Source: an uncultured Lactobacillales bacterium
GTDB taxonomy: Bacteria; Pseudomonadota; Alphaproteobacteria; CAYJES01
DNA: 64,000 nt
Reading direction: 5' to 3'
Assembly (NCBI GenBank): GCA_964369365.1
Contig: CAYJES010000001.1
Coordinates: 30,967-94,966 of the forward strand
Part shown: positions 59,319 through 64,000 of the stretch, one piece after another
Numbering within the stretch: position 1 is the stretch's first letter
Layout of the letters: every line of letters starts with the position of its first letter
The notes under the pieces: model-generated
Seen by the model: only the letters and a program-made list of their open reading frames with translations
Told to the model about the DNA's origin: nothing
Databases searched by the model: none
Translations under genes and position numbers: made by a program

Positions 59319-61073
59319 TTACATTCCTCCTCTTTTTATAAAGACATAGAAAACTATTCCAACTATTCCTAAAACCATTAGCAAAGACGATATTACAGTT
59401 ACGCTTTTACCACATATATTTGAAATATTTTTAGTTTGGGAAATAAATAACTTTTCTATTCCTCCTATTATATTTTTATCAAATACAATAAATAAAATTT
59501 TTCCTATTACATTAAATGGTTTTATAAATAACAAACGGTACAATTCTTCAAAATCCTTTCTGTCGTTTATTACACGTTTTAATTTTTGTAGGCCAGATAA
59601 TTTTTGTGAATAAAATGCACAAATAAAACCAGCAAATATAGAAAAAAGCCCTAGCCAAACTAAATATCCTCTATAAATAAAATCTATTACAAAAAATTGA
59701 TTAACATAAAATAATGATACAAAAACAAATACCAACAACATTATAATTGCCGCTATAATAAATGGATTTTTCTCGTTTACTCTTGCTATTACAGCATCTT
59801 CTTCTTTTTGTTTTCCATGAAAAACTCTTAATAAAATTCTTGACAGGTACCCTGATGTAAAAAATTGAGCTACTAAGATCCCAAATATCACTACTATTGA
59901 TATTTTAGCAGTTGTTGCAATATACAATAAAACGAAAAAAGGAATGAAAGCAATGAATGTAATAGTTAAAATCATAAAAATATAAGCAATGGGCATTTTA
60001 TTGATTACTCCGCCCATTTTATTTATATCCTCTTCTGATGATAAACCTTTCACAATTGCCCCCACATCAAGATAAAGCATCGTTATATATAACCCATAAA
60101 ACATCAACAATAATAATGTCATCATCGGATATCCAAGACCCAAAGTAAACATCATCATACCGATTTGTGATACAGAAGCATAAGAAACAACCCTTTTTAT
60201 ATTAGATTGAACACAAGCTAAGACACCCGCATAAATGTACGTTGCCAAACCTATGCATAATAAAATTTGCATCGATGGATTTATTATTTCAAATAGTAGA
60301 TACATTTTAATAGCAACACAAATTCCAGAGACAATAAAAGTACAAGAATGCAAAATTGCATTAGCCGAATTAGGGGCAACAACGGCATCGGGCACCCAAA
60401 CGTGAAACCCAAACCCAGCAGACCTTACCACCACTCCTATCAACATAAAGATTGTTATCATTTTTAAATCATTTGTATCTAATGATCCTATTTTATCAAA
60501 AATCAATGAAAATTCTGATGAGCCTGTCAATACGAATAACATAATAAAAGAAAACAAGAAAAACATATCGCCTATGCTATTAATAACCAACATTTTTAGC
60601 GATGCAGAACTTGATGATAGTTTTTCATTTCTTGATGAAATCATAAAATATGCAATAAAACAAAGCCCTGTCCAACCAAAATAAAGTGATACCAAATCGC
60701 TTGAAAAAATTATTATCAACATCATTGCGCTTGCCAAACATATAAATCCTATAACAGCGTTACGATTAGTATCTGATAAGAATTCCAAACTATATATTAA
60801 TATTACAAAAGTAATAAACATGACTGTTGCGCCCATTATCATAGAGATAAAATCTAATTTAAAAATTATATTTAAAGGCGTATCTGAAACAAAATAAAAA
60901 GGAATTTTAAAATATAATTCTCTTGTTTCTAATAAATACAACAAATAACATTCCCAAGAAAATGCAAACGCAATGAAAACAAAAGACAAAGGAACAATCC
61001 ATAAAAGTTTTGGTTTTAACTTGAAAGATAAAGCACCAAAAATAAATGGAATTAAAATTATAGCTAGTAACAT
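59319..61073 (-). CDS. nuoL: NADH-quinone oxidoreductase subunit L-like.
   Basis: FGWTGL...YFM segment matches the NuoL/MrpA-type FGWEGVGL region. Size 584 aa. Confidence 0.6.
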   Translation of the reverse strand: MLLAIILIPFIFGALSFKLKPKLLWIVPLSFVFIAFAFSWECYLLYLLETRELYFKIPFYFVSDTPLNIIFKLDFISMIMGATVMFITFVILIYSLEFLSDTNRNAVIGFICLASAMMLIIIFSSDLVSLYFGWTGLCFIAYFMISSRNEKLSSSSASLKMLVINSIGDMFFLFSFIMLFVLTGSSEFSLIFDKIGSLDTNDLKMITIFMLIGVVVRSAGFGFHVWVPDAVVAPNSANAILHSCTFIVSGICVAIKMYLLFEIINPSMQILLCIGLATYIYAGVLACVQSNIKRVVSYASVSQIGMMMFTLGLGYPMMTLLLLMFYGLYITMLYLDVGAIVKGLSSEEDINKMGGVINKMPIAYIFMILTITFIAFIPFFVLLYIATTAKISIVVIFGILVAQFFTSGYLSRILLRVFHGKQKEEDAVIARVNEKNPFIIAAIIMLLVFVFVSLFYVNQFFVIDFIYRGYLVWLGLFSIFAGFICAFYSQKLSGLQKLKRVINDRKDFEELYRLLFIKPFNVIGKILFIVFDKNIIGGIEKLFISQTKNISNICGKSVTVISSLLMVLGIVGIVFYVFIKRGGM

Positions 61074-61346
61074 TTATTCTTCCTTTTTTTCTAACTTTAT
61101 ATCAGCATGACTATTAAAAATAAAAGAGCTCAACAATATTTGGATAAATGCAAGAATCAAAACCAACACTGCTATTATTTGGCCTGTTTCTTGGCTTTGC
61201 TGTTTGAATGCAGAAAAATATATAAAATTTATAGCTGCACCTAATATCATTAGGTATACATAAATATTTTTCTTTATCACTTTCTGATTGCTTGTGAAAA
61301 TCCCTATTAAACCTATGGAAAAAAGAAACACTGCCAATATTATCAT
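61074..61346 (-). CDS. nuoK: NuoK (4L)-like small membrane subunit, divergent.
   Basis: Size 90 aa, 3 TM. Position between J-like and L-like genes. Conserved membrane glutamates not evident. Confidence 0.45.
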   Translation of the reverse strand: MIILAVFLFSIGLIGIFTSNQKVIKKNIYVYLMILGAAINFIYFSAFKQQSQETGQIIAVLVLILAFIQILLSSFIFNSHADIKLEKKEE

Positions 61347-61852
61347 TTTATATCCTCTTTGCTTTCTACTGTTGCTTTTTTCTCAACAGCTAATATATAT
61401 ATACATACAGAAGAAATTAATAATATAAAAAATAATGATAAAAAAGAAGATGGAAATTCGCTAAATAATACATTTAAATTAGAAAACTTAAAATCAACTC
61501 CTTTTTTTAAAACTGGGGTAAAATCAACAATTATACCCATAATTATGAATACGGATAAAATTAAAAATAATGATATCGTATTGTATATTTGTCGCAAACT
61601 TGCTCGCTTGTTGTTTGAATTTTTATATAACTTCGCATTGTTCGATTTATATAAAATAAAAACAGTCAAAGAGCCTAATAACAAAATAAGCGCCCCGTAA
61701 AAAGGCGCATTATTAAGCATCATTATTAATCCAACAAATATATTAATCCCTATAAATCCATAAAAGTAATAAGATATTTTTTTAGAAATTATCATGAATC
61801 CAGCCGAAAATATTATTAATCCAAAAATAAATAAAAATACAGCTGCGCTCAT
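61343..61852 (-). CDS. nuoJ: NuoJ-like membrane subunit.
   Basis: Size 169 aa, 5 TM. VMMLN-type segment (LIMMLNNAPF). Confidence 0.45.
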   Translation of the reverse strand: MSAAVFLFIFGLIIFSAGFMIISKKISYYFYGFIGINIFVGLIMMLNNAPFYGALILLLGSLTVFILYKSNNAKLYKNSNNKRASLRQIYNTISLFLILSVFIIMGIIVDFTPVLKKGVDFKFSNLNVLFSEFPSSFLSLFFILLISSVCIYILAVEKKATVESKEDIK

Positions 61853-61918
61853 TTAATTCAACTTTTCCATAACTTTTACACAACTATTGCAACAAAAGAA
61901 TGTTACAATAGTTATAAA

Positions 61919-62251
61919 TTATAATGTTTCTTTTACAGACCCAGGAGCAAGTGGAATTTGTTTAACGTGTTGAACCGGAACATCGTATTCACGGATTATG
62001 TCATCGTTTTCAAATTCTACTATGATAATTTTTGCTGCTTTTGATAAATGTTCTTGAGCGTCTGGATGCACATAATCCAAAATGATTGTTTCATTGTTAT
62101 TTCTATAAAATAAAGCGTGCTCTTTACCGTCATAAAGAATTCTTGAATTTTCAGGCTCGCCCTCTTTCTTTTGTAGAGCGATTAAAAGTTCACCATTATT
62201 ATTTACAAGCACATCATAACGGCCTTCTTGAACTGGTTTATTTTCTGACAT
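61919..62251 (-). CDS. Hypothetical protein (110 aa).
   Basis: ORF only. Confidence 0.35.
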   Translation of the reverse strand: MSENKPVQEGRYDVLVNNNGELLIALQKKEGEPENSRILYDGKEHALFYRNNNETIILDYVHPDAQEHLSKAAKIIIVEFENDDIIREYDVPVQHVKQIPLAPGSVKETL

Positions 62252-62266
62252 TATTTATTCTCCTTT

Positions 62267-63316
62267 TTATTTTTTAACACTTTCAACAAGTCCCTCTATA
62301 CCATTTTTTATAAAAGAATTGTCTATATAAATCCTTATTTTATACTTATGACGAGAAAAAGCAACTAAAAGCTCACTTATTTCAATAGTTTTTTGAGAAA
62401 ACACGAAAAATGCGCTACTTACTGCCATTCCTTGCGCTTCTTTTGGGGTTAATACAGGTATTAATATCCCACGTTCTTCAAATTCTGATTTTATATGTTT
62501 TTGCAATCTGTAATTTGATGCAATTATTAGACTGTCTTTGCTGTTTTTATCAATATCTTTTAACAATTGTTCAATAATTATTTTTTTATTGTCGAAAAAT
62601 GCCAAACTTTTATAATCTCTACGTCTATAATAATAATTGAATGCCTGCTTGATTTGCCCTTTTCTTATATTGTGAATGGCCTTTACATCACTTCGGTTTC
62701 TTTGGCGGAAAATTTCTTTTAACTCTCTTGTCTCGTTTCCATTATTATGCAAAACGTCTATTACTTGTAAAAAACCATTATTTTCGGGCTTTAGTCCTAT
62801 TTGGAATAAATCGCCCACCAATATCAATAAAGACTTTGACCGAATCGAGTTATCAATAATATCGTTCATCACATCAAGCGGCAAAAAACCTGCCTCGTCA
62901 ATTAATATAACAGTGTTTTCAGGTGGAACAAATTCGCGTAATTCTTTAAATTTTAGATATTTTATTTTATTTCTATAGCCCAGATCAAAATGCTTTGCTA
63001 ATTTTCGCACAAAAACAGCCATTTTTTTTGAAGATTGATAGTTATTGCAAGATATTATGATATTTTTTTGTTCCATCAATCCTAGCAAAGAATATATATG
63101 TATAACCTTGCTTTTTCCGGCGCCAGGAGCCCCCTCAAACACCTTTAAATCTCCATCTTTTAAAGAAGCTAAGGTCACATTTCTTAACTCTACAAGATGG
63201 CTTTTTCTTCTAAACAAAGAATACTCATCTACTAATTTTTCCGCTATATCAGACCGGAAGTCAAAGCTAGAGCTATTCCTTAATTGTATAATTTTATTTT
63301 TTAGGTCGTCATTCAT
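62267..63316 (-). CDS. Compact SF1 (RecD/TraA/Dda-like) DNA helicase / P-loop ATPase.
   Basis: Walker A GAPGAGKS. Walker B ILIDEAGF. Motif III LILVGD. Motif V/VI-like TPKEAQGMAVS and VAFSRHK. Confidence 0.6.
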   Translation of the reverse strand: MNDDLKNKIIQLRNSSSFDFRSDIAEKLVDEYSLFRRKSHLVELRNVTLASLKDGDLKVFEGAPGAGKSKVIHIYSLLGLMEQKNIIISCNNYQSSKKMAVFVRKLAKHFDLGYRNKIKYLKFKELREFVPPENTVILIDEAGFLPLDVMNDIIDNSIRSKSLLILVGDLFQIGLKPENNGFLQVIDVLHNNGNETRELKEIFRQRNRSDVKAIHNIRKGQIKQAFNYYYRRRDYKSLAFFDNKKIIIEQLLKDIDKNSKDSLIIASNYRLQKHIKSEFEERGILIPVLTPKEAQGMAVSSAFFVFSQKTIEISELLVAFSRHKYKIRIYIDNSFIKNGIEGLVESVKK

Positions 63317-63392
63317 GAATGTTTATTGCAAATTTCAAAAAAATCGTTATTCTTAATTTCAATTATAGCAACTTTTATTCAGGAGAACAATA

Positions 63393-64000
63393 GTGGAAAA
63401 AAATCGTCAACAACTTGCAGACAAATTAAAGCATGAAATTGTCCATCATCTTAAATTTTCTTTAGGAAAAAGAGTTGTGGAAGCTGAACCTGAACATTTC
63501 TTTACAGCTCTTGCTATGGCTGTAAAAGATTGGTCAAACGAAAAAATGTATGACACAGCGGCTCGTCATTCATCTAAAGACCCTAAGAGAATCTACTATC
63601 TTTCTGTTGAATATCTAATCGGCAGATCCCTTGAAAACAATCTTGTAAACTTACAAATTCTTGATTTATTGGATTTAATTAAATTTGAAGATAATGACAT
63701 AGCATTAAAAGATGTTATCAACTATGAATATGATCCTGCACTTGGTAATGGCGGATTGGGTAGACTTGCAGCATGTTACATTGACTCTATGGCTACTTTA
63801 GGAATGCCTGGATATGGTTATGGAATTAACTATCAATACGGCTTGTTCAGACAATATATTGAAAATGGTTGGCAAAGAGAAAAAGCAGATTCTTGGATGC
63901 AACGTAGCTCTCCTTGGCAATTAGAAAGAGCAGATAAAGCTATTACAGTTAGAACATACGGACGAATCGAACATGAAGATTTAGGGGATGGAAAGACATA
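63393..64000 (+). CDS. glgP: Glycogen/alpha-glucan phosphorylase, 5' portion (continues beyond the window). GTG start with AGGAGA RBS.
   Basis: Hallmark EPALGNGGLGRLAACYIDSMATLG motif. Not in the ORF track because it starts with GTG and is 3'-truncated. Confidence 0.85.
   Translation, partial: MEKNRQQLADKLKHEIVHHLKFSLGKRVVEAEPEHFFTALAMAVKDWSNEKMYDTAARHSSKDPKRIYYLSVEYLIGRSLENNLVNLQILDLLDLIKFEDNDIALKDVINYEYDPALGNGGLGRLAACYIDSMATLGMPGYGYGINYQYGLFRQYIENGWQREKADSWMQRSSPWQLERADKAITVRTYGRIEHEDLGDGKT

Noticed and set aside
56491-61852. Interpretation of the five membrane-protein genes as an Mrp (Mnh) Na+/H+ antiporter operon.
   Set aside because: Mrp starts with a ~770-aa MrpA followed by small B/C subunits. 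Here the order 169/90/584/487/454 aa fits nuoJ-K-L-M-N exactly. The downstream birA-RNase J neighbourhood also matches alphaproteobacterial nuo loci.
1-64000. CRISPR arrays, tRNA/rRNA genes, transposases, integrases or other mobile-element boundaries for the accessory region.
   Set aside because: No regularly spaced direct repeats and no cloverleaf-like or rRNA-like segments were found. No protein has DDE/tyrosine-recombinase motifs. The accessory nature of 1-21 kb is inferred from gene content only.

Overview
AT-rich (~30% GC) bacterial chromosome segment with strong AAGGAGG-type Shine-Dalgarno sites. Gene content and order (fliL-fliM-motE-like genes, nuoJKLMN followed by birA and RNase J, RpoD, alphaproteobacterial-type FliM N-terminus) suggest an alphaproteobacterium, possibly Rickettsiales- or Holosporales-like; this is inference only. 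Three blocks are visible. (1) Positions 1-21.4 kb form an accessory-looking region. It starts with a candidate defence island: a beta-CASP/MBL nuclease, a tandem AAA+ ATPase, an unknown 202-aa protein and a GGCT/AIG2-like protein, converging on a WYL-domain (BrxR/CapW-like) regulator that closes a three-gene nuclease-like operon whose first gene is a Cas4-like PD-(D/E)XK + DEDD-exonuclease fusion. This is followed by a 13-gene co-directional array of small hydrolase/kinase/transporter genes (two NUDIX, SAM-MTase, two P-loop kinases, AlkA, MccF-like LD-carboxypeptidase, MFS, two HAD, HD). (2) Positions 21-39.7 kb carry housekeeping/envelope genes: DinB, MCP, TatA, a subtilase autotransporter with ankyrin repeats, an RND efflux pair, and an anaerobic class III RNR. 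(3) Positions 39.9-64 kb carry a flagellar locus (fliL, fliM, motE-like, cheY, a large secreted TPR protein, fliO, fliP), rpoD, RNase J, birA, a nuoJKLMN-like membrane-arm operon, an SF1 helicase, and the 5' end of glycogen phosphorylase. Most notable: the nrdD gene is interrupted by an in-frame TAA, and the glycyl-radical domain is re-initiated from its own perfect SD as a 62-aa ORF. Tandem NrdR-box-like palindromes lie upstream. No tRNA, rRNA, CRISPR, transposase or integrase was recognised.
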